From contig OU015567.1 of the NCBI GenBank assembly GCA_907165135.1, positions 2,542,001 to 2,606,000 on the forward strand: a stretch of 64,000 bases of DNA. Reading direction: 5' to 3'. The position numbers and the translations under genes are program-made. Every line of letters begins with the position of its first letter. Position 1 is the first letter of the stretch. The notes beneath the pieces were generated by a model. It was not told the DNA's origin and did not search any database. It saw only the letters and a list, made by a program, of their open reading frames with translations. This DNA comes from Oikopleura dioica. Lineage: Eukaryota; Animalia; Chordata. This document shows, piece after piece, positions 24,675 to 37,142 of this stretch.

Positions 24675-26714
24675 CTCAATTTATTCTGATTGTTAGGTGA
24701 TTTTTTTCATTCTACCAAAATTATTATTTAACGACAAGCAAATACTAAACTCATAACGAGAAACTCGCTCAGACGCTCTTTGCAAAGAAACACACCCCTT
24801 CACTTTAGATAACTCTTCCTTGATTTCAATTCAAATTTTTGTACAGAGATTTTATTTTTTAGCAATAAATTTCAAATTTATCAACAACAGTCGAGTCGGT
24901 GATGTATTCCTAAAAACTTAGTATTTCCCTTTCGCCAATATCTCTTACTCTGAGCCAAGATGTAGTCAGCTGGTTATCTGAAATATCAATATCAGTAGTT
25001 GTAAGCATCAACGAAGTCGAGCAGTTCTTGAAATCGAAGTTTTTCTGTAAAATCGAGCGCTCTTCAATTTCCGGAAAGCAGCCTTTTCCAATGCAATCGC
25101 AGGATCGATCTTGACTGACGTAAGATGTGATGATAACTGTAACTTAATTCTGGTTAGGCGAGTTGAAATTGGGATTTATCTACGCCTAAAGCCGTTCCTA
25201 GGATCACGTAAAATAAAATGACGCCGCAAAAAATCCAATCTTCCCGAAGATTTTTCCTCCTCTCGGCTTCCGAGAACTGAAAAAATGAATATTTTTTAAC
25301 ACGAAGATAAGAATTACAGTCATTGTGGCTTGCCCTCGTTGTCGTTGCATTTTCAGGCTCCTTTAAAATCTTCAAACTGATCTTTCTTCGCAAAAACAGA
25401 ATTGAATTTGACGAAATCTAGAAAAGATGGATAGTCTTCCTTGATTTCAGAAGCATCAAATTTTCTACTCAAATAAAGATAACTAAACATTTTCTCAGTT
25501 TCACCATCCAAATATGAGTAAACTCATATTTTAGAAAACAGTTTGTCTTTTCGATAAGATTCACCATGTTTAGAATCTCCGTAATCCTGATTTTAAAACC
25601 AGTTTTGGAAGGAGAATTTTCATTCACGATGTTTTTCTTTCGGATGTGGCCGTATTTACGCTACTTTAATATTACCTCGTCTTTTGTTTGTGGCACAACA
25701 AGATAACCAATCGTAAGGAGCACCACTGCCTCTTGCACCGTGCACGATTTCAGAAGAAATTACAATTTTTTTCGAGCGCCGTTGACCCCAAAATATGCTA
25801 ATTGCAAATTAATTCAAGCGATTTGTCTGGCAGCCTCTTGTAAAAAAATTCGTCTCTGGCATGAAAAAAAGTCGAAAAAATAGTTGAAAGAAAGTCATTT
25901 CAGAAAAGTAAACATAAAAAGACAAATCAGATATTAATATAATTTACTGAAAACAACGATTAGAAAGATTAGCACGATCGGAATCGACATCAAAATATTA
26001 CGAAATGTTCTGGTAAATCTAAAATTTTTGTCCAAATTGTCACACTGTTATGTCTTTTTCTGTCAATTTTCTGCCATTTACCGACTTTCTGTTGACAAAC
26101 TTTGATAGTAAGCAAGATGAAAATAAAAAAGCTAGCTTACCGAATTAGTTTTTATACCAAGAAAGTAATTGTCGCCTCAAAATAGACTATTTTTGAAGAT
26201 GAAAGCTAAAAGATCATCATAAATAGAATTTGATCTTGTTATTTCTACCTTTTTGAATGATTAAATAAAAGAAATATCTAAATAAAGAAGATTTGATAAC
26301 AAAGTTTTTACTTTTCATGAATTATCATGAAAAGTAATGGTGGCGCAGAGGGCGCTCTCGGGCCATCGCCTCCCCAAATGCTCCTTCCTTAACGACATAC
26401 CGTCACACGAATCTTCCGGATACGAGATTTTTCTATCGAAAACGTTTGAGTTCGTTATTTGAACAACCGATTGTACTTTTCCAAAACACTTTTCTATCAA
26501 ACAAAGTTTTTAAAACAAATTTGAAGACATCAAAAGAGAGTATCAGACTTAACGACAGCAAACTTTTACAGGTAATAAGCTCAAAGAAAAAATTTTTCAA
26601 TAATTAATTTCTTATTTAATTTTTGTTGTTTTTATGTTAAAAATTACTCGAGATGATACGGTAAAAGAAAGAAAATTCTCGAAGAAAAATTCCTGTTTTA
26701 TTTTCCTGACGCTT

Positions 26715-26732
26715 AAAGCCGCGCGCGGCTTT
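26715..26732. repeat. Perfect 18-bp GC-rich palindrome in AT-rich DNA
   Basis: AAAGCCGCGCGCGGCTTT. Confidence 0.8.
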
Positions 26733-27070
26733 TATTATGCATGATATCCAATGTTAAAAATCCACTAAATTATTTGATTTTTATTAAAAAATAAAAATAT
26801 AAAAAACGGCTTCTCCTTATCTAAGCACCAAGAGACCGTAATGAAGCTAAAACATTGTTTGAAAATGACTCAAATGAGATACTGTTGCTTTTCAAGGAAA
26901 CAATTAAATGATAAAACAAATTATCAAGTTCCACAAAATTTATGTTGAACAAGTTCTTATCAATTTTCTCAGCTGGCAACGCCTTTGATTTATTCTTCGG
27001 GCCAAGACTGATTTTTTTTCATTTTTTTTAGAAAATTTATTTATTGATTAAAACTTTTAGATCGACTGAA

Positions 27071-30000
27071 ATGCGTCTAACAGCGGTTTTGCTGGCTTCG
27101 TTGGAAGCTGAGCAGCTTCTTCACAGAGAATGCTTCAAATTTGGGATGGATTCAATTTCTCAAAATGCCAATGTTTGGCGAGGAAGGAGAGAAGCCGCCA
27201 AAGAATATGATGAAGACGGGGATGAGTGGAAAGATCCAAGGCCGAGATGGAATAATAATGAAGAGCCGTTGACTCTAGGCAGAAGGAAAGGGTTCAGAGA
27301 GAAAATTAACCTGTTTGGGTTTTTGGCGAATTTTTGTCTTCAAATTTTATCTAATGATTTTTCGATATTTAAAGTGAAGAAAAGAGTGATTTCTTTTAAT
27401 GAAGTGAGAGCCTTAATTTTCTAAAAGATCAAAAGGCTAAAAATCCTAAGAATTTCAAAAAAAAAAAATTCAGCACCGAATTTTCAAAAGCGAAAAACCG
27501 CAGACAAGGCGCTAAAAGAGCCCTAATGAAATTATGACGGGAGCCTTATTCCGTAATTATGTAGCGTCTTGTCACGTAATTATGGAGACATCAGAGTCAC
27601 ATCTCCTTAACCGCCGGGGACGGAAATTCGGCGATTTTCTGCCAGCTCTAGAATCAGCTTGAAAATCCGTTGGAGGCTGATTTTTTGCTGATCGCGAAAA
27701 AAAATTTTGCTTTTGTAGGAAAAAGTTCTGTTTTGGAGTGTTTTCTCGGCCAAGTTTGAAAAAACGCAATTATAGTTGAATAAACTAACGTTGTTTTATT
27801 TCGTGAATTTGCTCAAAAAATAAAATGGGATTGAAATTCTGAACCGTGAAATAAGCAGAAACACACTTGGCCGAATCGTCAATGGAACCGCCGCGGATTA
27901 TGATATGTGGCCCTTTATCGCGATGATTGGATTTCGGTAAGTTTGAAATTTCGAAAACACAAAAAGGCCCGACCGAGATTTGAACTCGGGATCTCCTGAT
28001 TACTAGTCAGGCGCTTTAACCAACTAAGCCATCGGGCCTGGAGGGCGCTATGAGTACTTATCATTATAAATCATGATAAAATTGAATTTTCGATCCGTAA
28101 TTTGGAATTTTACGTTATCATGATTTCTCATGAAAAACTCCTTCTAGCGCCCCCTTTTCTTAATTTGAACGGTAACTATTATGGTTTTGGTGTTAATTAA
28201 ATTAAATATTTTGACACATCAGTGGCGTGAAATTTACCCAGAAAGGGTTTTGTAAGCTGTTTCTAATAGATGATTTAGTGGATACGGCGGTATCGGACAA
28301 TTTTGCGCTGGAAGCATAATCGACGATCAGCACATTCTCACCGCGGCCCACTGCTTTCGTGGTTGGGGCGTTATTCAGGCACGCAGTTCTCACTTGTACT
28401 GCTACATCGATTTATATAATTATTATCTACTTAAAAGTGTTAACTCAATAAAAGCCCGATCAATTTACAGTTACCCTCGGCGCGTACTCAAAGCTAGACC
28501 ATGAGTCGCAAGCAAAATCGGACCAAAAAACTTACTTCATTGGAAATCTCAAATGTCATGAAAACTACGAATCCAGAGCCGATACAATCATCTATGACAT
28601 TTGTCTGTTACAATTGACGGAGAAAATTTCTTTTTCGGACAATGTTATGCCCGTTTGTCTGCCAGAAGTTGACTATCCTCCTCCAGGAAAGGCATCTTAG
28701 TTTCCTAAAAACCATAAGACAAACGTCAGCTAAATGACTGTGGAAACTTTAAGAGATAATATAAATGAACAAATATTTATATTGTTAGCTAAAAATACAT
28801 TCCAATTGCCAGGCCGCACTTTTGAGCCTTGCTAAAAGCTGGAACAAACTGTATCGTCGCTGGTTGGGGAGAGACGCAGAACACAGGCGATAACTCGATT
28901 CTCCAGAAGGCGATTATTCCCCTGGTCGATGTGGAGCAGTGTCAGGCGAGCTATCAAGACGACGGCGTCAACGTCAGATCCGACCAACACATCTGCGCGG
29001 GCTTCAAAGAAGGACAAGTCGACGCCTGCCAGGGCGACAGGTAACCATTAGAAATAAGCTGACAAACTAAACAGATTCTCAGCTTCTCAGCGGCTTTCTT
29101 TTTTTTCCTTTTTCATCATCATTCTCATTTTCAGTGGCGGACCTCTCGTGTGCATGAGTTCCCAAGGCAACTACCCCGAGCTCTACGGAATCGTGTCGTT
29201 CGGCGTTGGCTGCGCGCTGCCCGGCAATCCTGGGGTTTACACGAACGTGGCTCGTTTCCGCGAGTGGATAAAGGCCGCAGTTGACGATGCGGATACACTC
29301 GATGTTAGAGACAGTAAGACGTTGTTCATTTACTGTAACTCACCACTCATTAAAGGATACTACCATTGTGAAGAGATTAACCGAGTGTTTATGGTCTTCG
29401 ACAATGTTGATATTGGATGTCGTCAAGGAACGCCATACGCTTCTGATAAAGAATGCTCAGTTCAGGTACAGTTGAAGAAAAATCATTGGGAAAATGATGA
29501 TCTTTTTCAGTGCAAAAATCCCGAAGACGAATTGAACTTGGACGGTCTCTCCGGTCTCAAATGCTTCTGCCGCTCATCATTCAACTGCCGCTGGATCGGA
29601 GTTTCCGACAGAATGGACTACCGAGCAAACAAACTCGATTCAATCATCAAGGTATTTCTTGAACCAGCAGCGTATTTTCGTATTTAGCCAACTCTGGGGC
29701 TGATCGAATTAATTTATCGCGATCCAGGATTCAAAAATAACAAGAATTAAATAAGCGCATGTATTTATTTTTGCATCTCCTCTGAGAATTCGACCACTGG
29801 CTTATTTTAGAACACGAACACGCCCTGTTTCCCTATTTGCAGGAAGAGAACGAACTGTAATTTGAATTGATATTTTATTTCAGTGTAATTCGCCGAGGAA
29901 GGTTTCGGATGGATGCTCGCCGCCAGATTTGCAGCCGATTCATATTTATTCGCCGCAGAAACAAGTTTACTCCAATAAGGTGAGAACCAATAAGAGAGGG

Positions 30001-30326
30001 CCATATTTGGTCTCGCCCAATCAGAAATGAGGAGATCTTATCTGAACCAATCAGATGCTCGTTTTCGACTCAAAGCGAGTCAAATTCGAGCCTCTTTTGT
30101 CTGCGCCAATAAGAACGCGGTAATTCATGTTCTGGCCAATCAAATTGATCCTTTTCCCGTAAGAACCCCCTTTTAACAATTTTCTATTCAGGAAAAAGTG
30201 TCAATCTTCTGCAAGTACGATCCAGACAAGAAACCAAGATACAAGCGAGCAGAATGCAAATGCAAAAAGGGCAAATGCTTTTGGGCCTCTAAGAAAGCCC
30301 TTACATCCAAAAACACATGTAGTTAA
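27071..30326 (+). CDS. Trypsin-like S1 serine protease with pro-region and Cys-rich C-terminal extension
   Basis: RIVNG activation site; ILTAAHC (His), YDICLL (Asp), VDACQGD|SGGP (Ser, with Asp189), [14 protein letters not shown]; C-terminal C.C..C.W-type repeats. Confidence 0.9.
27965..28038 (-). tRNA. tRNA-Thr (AGT), antisense inside an intron of the protease gene
   Basis: GGCCCGA/TCGGGCC acceptor stem, CCTGA-CTAGTAA-TCAGG anticodon arm, CCGAG-TTCAAAT-CTCGG T arm, T-tract terminator. Confidence 0.95.
28040..28155. repeat. Small foldback (MITE-like) element abutting the 5' end of tRNA-Thr
   Basis: GAGGGCGCTA (28041) / TAGCGCCCCC (28145); perfect inner IR AAATCATGATAA (28068) / TTATCATGATTT (28115); no clear TSD. 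Confidence 0.5.
29972..30140 (+). repeat. Array of CCAAT boxes with about 30-bp period (decayed minisatellite) in the last intron of the protease gene
   Basis: CCAAT at 29972, 29987, 30017, 30047, 30106 and 30136. Confidence 0.65.
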
Positions 30327-31199
30327 AATTTTCAATTTTTCGATTTCCGAAATTTAAATATTTTCAATTTGAAACACAAATTATTTTTCTTTTTCAAGAA
30401 TTTTCTTTTATCAGTTCAAATCCAAAGTGATAGCCATGAAAATAACTCAGAGGGCCCAAAATTGCCCAGCAAATTATTTTTTCTTTCCATTCAAAAAACT
30501 ATGTAAATACGCCTCAATCAAAAAAAGAACACGATCTTCCGACGATGATTCCGAAGAATAAAAAATGATGAATCCGTGAATCTCCGAAACCGTCAAGTTC
30601 CAACAAAAATAAAAACAAGTTTAACCGCTGCCAAGTGACCGAAATTGTTATTCTGAACATATTTGCTGTAAATAAATTATTTATATGCTCAGAAAAAAAC
30701 CATTATTTTATCGATTCTTCATTCAAATTTCAGCAAAAATTTCAAAGAGATCACCCATTTTAAGGATCCCCCTGTGGATCTCGAACAAATTTAGAACAAC
30801 AATTTCTCCCTGTAGACCCTTAAGACACCAAGCGATTTTGGTCTCTTTATGTGGCCCACACGGAGTTCTAGTGCAAAAAATGGTTAACTCGGGGATACCC
30901 TTAAGTTTTCAAGTTCAAGTTTAGGAAGAAAGGTTTCAAGAACGATTTCTTACTATATACCCTTAAGTTTTTTAAGAGTAGATTAAGGGATAGCCTATTT
31001 TATCATTTAACGCCGACTTTTAAAATTATCTTAAAAATGAAATCAATTGATTAGAATTTCATTTATTCTTGAATTCCAGGTTCAAAATTTTCCTCCTCCC
31101 CAAGCAAGCAGATCCTTGAAAATGTTATTTTATCTTGGAAAGAAGTGTGAAAAATAGTTTGTTCATAAACGTGAGATAAACATGTGGCGACGGCCTTGA

Positions 31200-32150
31200 C
31201 CATTATGTTAATTCCGCCTGACAGAAGAAAATAAGCGTGAACATGATTATCAAAAATAAGCGCAGATTAAATAATCGCGGTGAAAGTTGCCCACTCGCCA
31301 ATTAAGGTCTTTTCGGTCAAATTAATTGAGCGAGATTTTGAGATTTTGATCAAGAAGAAGATTCTTCCTGAAGAGACGAATGATGTTACGAACGCTCGTC
31401 AGATCGTGTTGTCTGAAAACGTATCCGCCAAAACAGAATGTATTTTCACCAAAAACACGCCGCCACCTCCTTAAGCCCGTGCATCCGCCTTACCATATCC
31501 ATTCAATCAAAAGAATACAGCTTCAATTAATCAAATGTCCTCTTAATTTTCGCTTTTTTCTTTTATTTTAGTCATTTTAATGAATTCAGTAGTCAAAAGT
31601 TTCGCAACAATTGATCGTATCTTCCTGGATGCATAATTCCGCGGTGATTTCCAACGTCTCCGGCGCTAGAATTTTCATCATAAACACGGTTTTTTTTCGA
31701 CTTACTCAGTTCCGGATCCGCTGCATAGAGAAATTGCTGGAACTCTTCCTCCCAGAGCATGGTACACATGTAGCAGAAATCAGCATCGATGAGGTTGCCA
31801 CAAAATTCTTTGTAAATATCACTGTTTCGCTTTCTTATCAGTTCTGCAACAGTTACTGATAACGTCTTAAGATTATTTTTTTTCTTCTGAAACAAGTGAT
31901 AACGAGAGAGCTTTCTATTAAAGGGCCCCTAACAAAAACCCTGAAATTCGTTTCTTTCTTACCGAAAATGCAAAAAGAAATTTCATGTTTGTTTTTCTTC
32001 CAATTCTTCTAATAGAGCGTTTTCTCGGGTACTGGCGCTTTTTATATGTGCCTATGAACAGAACCGGATTTGCGCTCAACGGAGGATTATCCGAGCAAGA
32101 AAAGGGCTTCATCGTTCCTTTCTAAGAGAAGACGTACGCCAACGCCGAAT
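31200..32150 (-). CDS. Probable multi-exon gene, product unknown
   Basis: Open exon-like segments (e.g. 31593-31860 ...EFCGNLIDADFCYMC...; RRWRRVFGENTFCFGGYVF) separated by AT-rich stretches. Confidence 0.3.
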
Positions 32151-32672
32151 TTGAACATGCTTCATTACGGAATTTATTTCCAAATTTGCCATGAAAATCA
32201 GAAAGCATACTTTTTACCTCATTTAGCATGATTTATCCATTAAAAACCATCAATTCAAGAATTCTTTTACTGTACTTTTATTACTATTTATGTTGACTTT
32301 CCTCGAATTTTTGACTAAAACAGACAATTTTGTTATTAGTTTCTTTTTCGCTTGCCCAGACTAACTCATTAATAAAAACATAAAAAAATGACTATTGGCA
32401 TAAAATGGTATTTAGACTGTAAATGACAATATCGTCTGAAAATAAAATGAGGTCAATACTTAATGACTGTATGTCTACTAAATAGAACCTGAAAACTTCC
32501 TTTCTAGGTTAATGCTTTTTGATTGAGATTAATTGTAAAGCTCTGACCGCAAGTCTAGCTTCATCCTTTTTCTTAATGATTTTTTAGTTTACATTTTTCT
32601 ATCGGGTAAAAATCAGATAAAGAAGTTTTTCTGAAAAACAAAAGTTCATTAAACCACTTTTTTGACTCGATT

Positions 32673-32704
32673 TAACCCTAACCCTACGTTACCGATAACC
32701 CTAA
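32673..32704 (-). repeat. Short degenerate interstitial telomere-type repeats
   Basis: TAACCCTAACCCTA and TAACCCTAA on the plus strand. Confidence 0.45.
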
Positions 32705-32827
32705 CGGAAACTTTAGCTCGTTTTTTGTTATAATTCAATTCATAGTCTGAACTCAGAAACAACTCAAGTGGAAAAATATAATCAGATTTAAGCATTCTGA
32801 AAAATAATTCGATCATTTGCTTAGAGA

Positions 32828-35800
32828 ATGAAAATCAAGTCGGACGTAAACTATGTCCTTCTGAAAAAGGACAAGCGAGGAAAGGTTGAGATCAAATTAA
32901 ATAAAGCTTCGTTGCAGAATCGAGTTAGGAGTTTAATGAGCGATTGTGAGAAACGAAATGAGCTTAATTTGCAGAGATCGATCGCGACAAAAAACAAATC
33001 GAAAAAGAAGAACTCTTCTTCTTTATTTTTATATCGAGAAAGAAGAACGACACTGATCCGATATTGCCAAATTCAATTTTATTCACTTTCGCGAAATGCA
33101 TTTTTGAACGAAAAAGTGTCGATAAAGAACTATTGGTTTTGGCAGTTATCCGCAGCTACCGTAGCTGCTCTGCTCAGAATCGGGAAAAGGCCGAATAGGT
33201 CGAAAACGATAACTCGGAAAAAGAGAGAGTTCGATCATCTCAATATGAAAAACAGGCGGCCGGGAAAAGGATGATAGATTGCATCGCAAATTAGAAATTG
33301 AAGGCAGAAAGGTCAGTAAAAACATTTGTACTGGGGTTAATGAAAAATTAATTGCATGCATTAACGACTTGCTAAAAGTTCATTTCTTTAAATAAAAAAT
33401 GCTTTATCGGAAATTAATTCTTATTTTCTAGAATATTCTTCCAACTTCGAACCAGATTTGTCCCTATCAATCAAAATAAAATCATCAAATCTATTCAATT
33501 ATAACCATAAAGGCTATCAATATTATCTAGCCGAGGGAGACCCTTGTCGTAAATTATGAAATCAAAGATCTTCAATCCTCCCAGCTGGATTTATTTTTAT
33601 CACGTCAAAATTGAATCGTTGCTCAATCAAAATTGATCACGACATTGCATAATTGTTTCCTAAAAGCACAATTTTCAGTGAGAAAGAAAAAAAAATGGAG
33701 GAAGCGAAAGAAAACAGTGGATTGCTACTTAGGATGAAGAACAATACAGAGTAAGGAAATCATATCATTCATATGTTGAGAAAAGCGATGCTCAAGAAGG
33801 ATATTGACACATACTGTCACGTGATTTTGTCTGGGAGAGATATTGCAAATTATTCATTGATAAACGAACATTTTTAGTTCAAAAAGGGAACTTTTCGACT
33901 AAAAATTTTGACCATTTTTTTTTTATTTTCAGACCAATCAGATTTCTAGATTCATCTTGACGGCAAATCAGATCGCAGAAAATCTTTCCGCTATTTTTAA
34001 TTTGGTCTTGACGAGAAAGTACAGTCAAAAGATATGTTCTGCTTGCTATAACAGTATCTTCCTCCTATAAATTATTATTGACAAGTTTCAATCAAACTTT
34101 CTTCAGAGAATTCATCTTGAGTTGCCACTTGTAACTCGCAGCTCACAAGTCAGCTTCTATTTATTTATTCAATTCTTATTGTTGTGAAGCTAGGCGTACT
34201 TGCATTTCGGGATTAATTATGAACGGTGCATCGATCGTATCGTTACTGTCCATATAATACGCTCAATTTTCCTTCTTTACTTCTCATCTTCCATTCTCGT
34301 TTTTTATTGTATTTCTTAGAATCAGAGAGAATCAGAATAAGAATACGAACCAAAATCAATCATCAGAAGAAATTGAAGAAAGTCAAGTCGATTTGGAACA
34401 GATTTGCAGAGATATTTCAATAGGAAAGAGGCATTTTAATAACAAAAACCTTTTGTAGAATAAGGGTTGGGAGACCCTTAAGAAAAAAGTCCTCAGAAAC
34501 GATTTTAACCCATGATGATTCATCAACGATAGAAATTGACGAAGAAGAAGTACCCAAAAATTACGACGGGCTCGAAATGCCGCAGCAAAAACGACCAAAG
34601 ACTCTTGAAACCGGTTCAAATTTTAAATTAATAAAAATTTTTGCAAATTCATTTTTCGAATTTATTTATAAAAAGCTAAATTTGAACCGAGAAGATGATG
34701 CAAGTGGAAATTTTTCGATGTTTGTGATTCCGGGACTTGGGTGGATCAGCAGCAAAACAGTTATTATTTTATAAAATTGGATCATCATCTCATTAGGGGA
34801 CTGGCAAGGTCATTTCGGAACAATGCATTTTGGGCTTTGCGGATTCGCAAAAATAAATCAAATGACCAGTTATTAGTCAAATAGCCTATTTGAAATAGGC
34901 AAGAAAAAATAAGATAACTGTATTTCTCTCTATTGCCAATAGACTATTGGGAATACAAATTTAATGAATTTAATTTGTTTACACAAGTCCGCAAGTAGAT
35001 TCTAAGGTTGATACTGTAAGAGGCGAAAATACCTGTTTTCACCCAAAAAGACCAATTCACATACAGTAACCACATTTTCGAGTTACAGGACCAAGTTCAA
35101 AACCATTAACTTCTCATTAAAAATTCAAGAGGCCCCGCCTTACGACTAATTTAACCCTTCACGTCAATTTTCGTGAAGTAAAATTTAATTATTGAGTTCA
35201 TTTTTGACCCAGAATTGAAATATTTTTTTTCCGGAAACAAGTTTTTTAGTAACGGGCGCTTATTTGTGTAAGTTTGAAGATTTCTCTTTGTGAAAAAATG
35301 TCATAAAGCCCTTTGTTGGCTTTTGAATTAATCGTTTTTGAGAACTTGGGAATAAGATTCAGGCCAAAGTATACGAAGATGCAAGAGGACTTCATGACAC
35401 AAGAGAATTTACAAGATCTTGTCAATGGCCAGGTTAGACATAAAATATGATTTTTATCCAAAAATTTTCTTCATAAAATACCCTTAAAATGACCTTTACG
35501 AACATTTCCGAACCTCAGAATAATAAATATGACTCGTAGTCTGTTTCGCTTACTCAACAGAAATAATGGAAAATTGTGTCAATACTGTATTCATTCAATA
35601 ATGATTCTGTTATGATTCCCTTGGTCGAATATGCTGTTTTGAATGGCGCTTTTGCATTCTTTATAGCCTCGCATATTGTTTATTGTGATTTCCAGGGATC
35701 AGATTTATAATTAAAAAGAAGATCCCTCTTGGCAGTTCCATTTCTTTTCTTTTACTGTCACTTTTGTGGTTGAGCGGGATTTTGCCTCAGAGATTTTAAT

Positions 35801-36920
35801 GAAAAGGGGAAGCATAATCGTCTCCGAGGTAAAAAGGAACAATATTCAAGGTCATTATTCACGGCTTTGGTCTTGGGCCACCATTTTCAATCGTCACCAA
35901 TAACGGATATACAGTCAGCGGTCCGCTTTTTATGGCAGAAGCAAATGCCAATGTATTCAAGACAAAGATTTCTAGGTCAAGATTTTCAAGACCTAATTCC
36001 AGAAGAGATCATGAAGCAAAAATTTCCTGTAAAAACATCTGTTAAAGATCTGAAATACTGAAGAGCCCCGAATCATTTCAGTATTTGTTTTTTCTACAAC
36101 AGTAATAGACTATTACTAATAGTTCTTTTATTCAATTTATTGCTTTTTCTCTCCTTTCGGAAGTGATCGGCTTTTCGGACAAAAGTAGACCGGAAAAGTT
36201 CATCGTTCAGAATTGATCTCAGTAATTACCAGTCCTTTTCATCAACAGTAATACTGTTACAGTAAAAGAAAGAAGAACAAAGTCGATCCATTTTCTTTAG
36301 CATTGACCGCATACTGACATATTACCAATGATTATTTCCAATGAGCTTATTAAAAATTTAGCTCAATGGCACTATATCAACCAAGAAATTATCTTCCGTG
36401 GCTCCTGAAACAAGGTATTTACTACTGGAAACTTTTTCAAGCAGAGATTATAAAGAAAATGACAATTTATGAAAATTACTCAAATTGCAGAGTGATCAAA
36501 ATAACGACTTTTTCGACAACTGATCGTCAAGATTCAGAGACACTTGAATTTAAGGGAGTAGGCATCGAGAAAAAGCCCTCCGACGAGCATTTTTCTTCGA
36601 GATATAATAGAGTGACACCCTTATTTTTGAAGCACAGGAGTCTATCGAATCTCCCTCGGTCAAAAATAAGGGTTTCACTTTGTTTATTTCAGTCAAAAAA
36701 ATCGTTGCGAATTAAGCTTGATTGATGCCCACCCCCTTAATCTCGACGAAGAAGATTTCAAATTTTTCAGTTTTCAAAACGGCGAAGTACGAAATCATCA
36801 AAACGGAGGCCATCACCTAACAGGCGAAGAACCAGCACTACCAGAATACGAGCCACCACCCGATCTGGACCCAGCGGAGTTGAGAGAAGAAAATTTCAAG
36901 GAAATGGTTGATTTTTGATG
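32828..36920 (+). CDS. Unresolved multi-exon coding region (one or more genes, some hydrophobic exons)
   Basis: Scattered open segments bounded by GT/AG-like sites; no family recognised. Confidence 0.25.
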
Positions 36921-37142
36921 AGTGAACTTGTTTTACCTTTTCGAGGAAAGAGACCTCATCAAGGTGGCGGCATCGCATAATTGCCGTCTTATTAGAATCA
37001 GAAGAAAGATTAGCATGCGGTTGACCTTGGCCGTGAATCAGGACTGGTCAACGCTGACCGTTCCCAACTGATCACTTTGACAGTTGATTTTATCAAAGAT
37101 GGACTTTCCGAAATATTTGATGATTAATATATTCAATTCCAG

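Noticed and set aside
32673-32704. CTAACCCTA as a telomerase RNA template
   Set aside because: The repeats are longer and scattered relative to a template, and I could see no pseudoknot or H/ACA features; treated as degenerate interstitial repeats
37006-37017. AAGATTAGCATG, matching part of U6 snRNA
   Set aside because: 12-nt match only; the ACAGAGA box, 5' stem-loop and 3' region are missing
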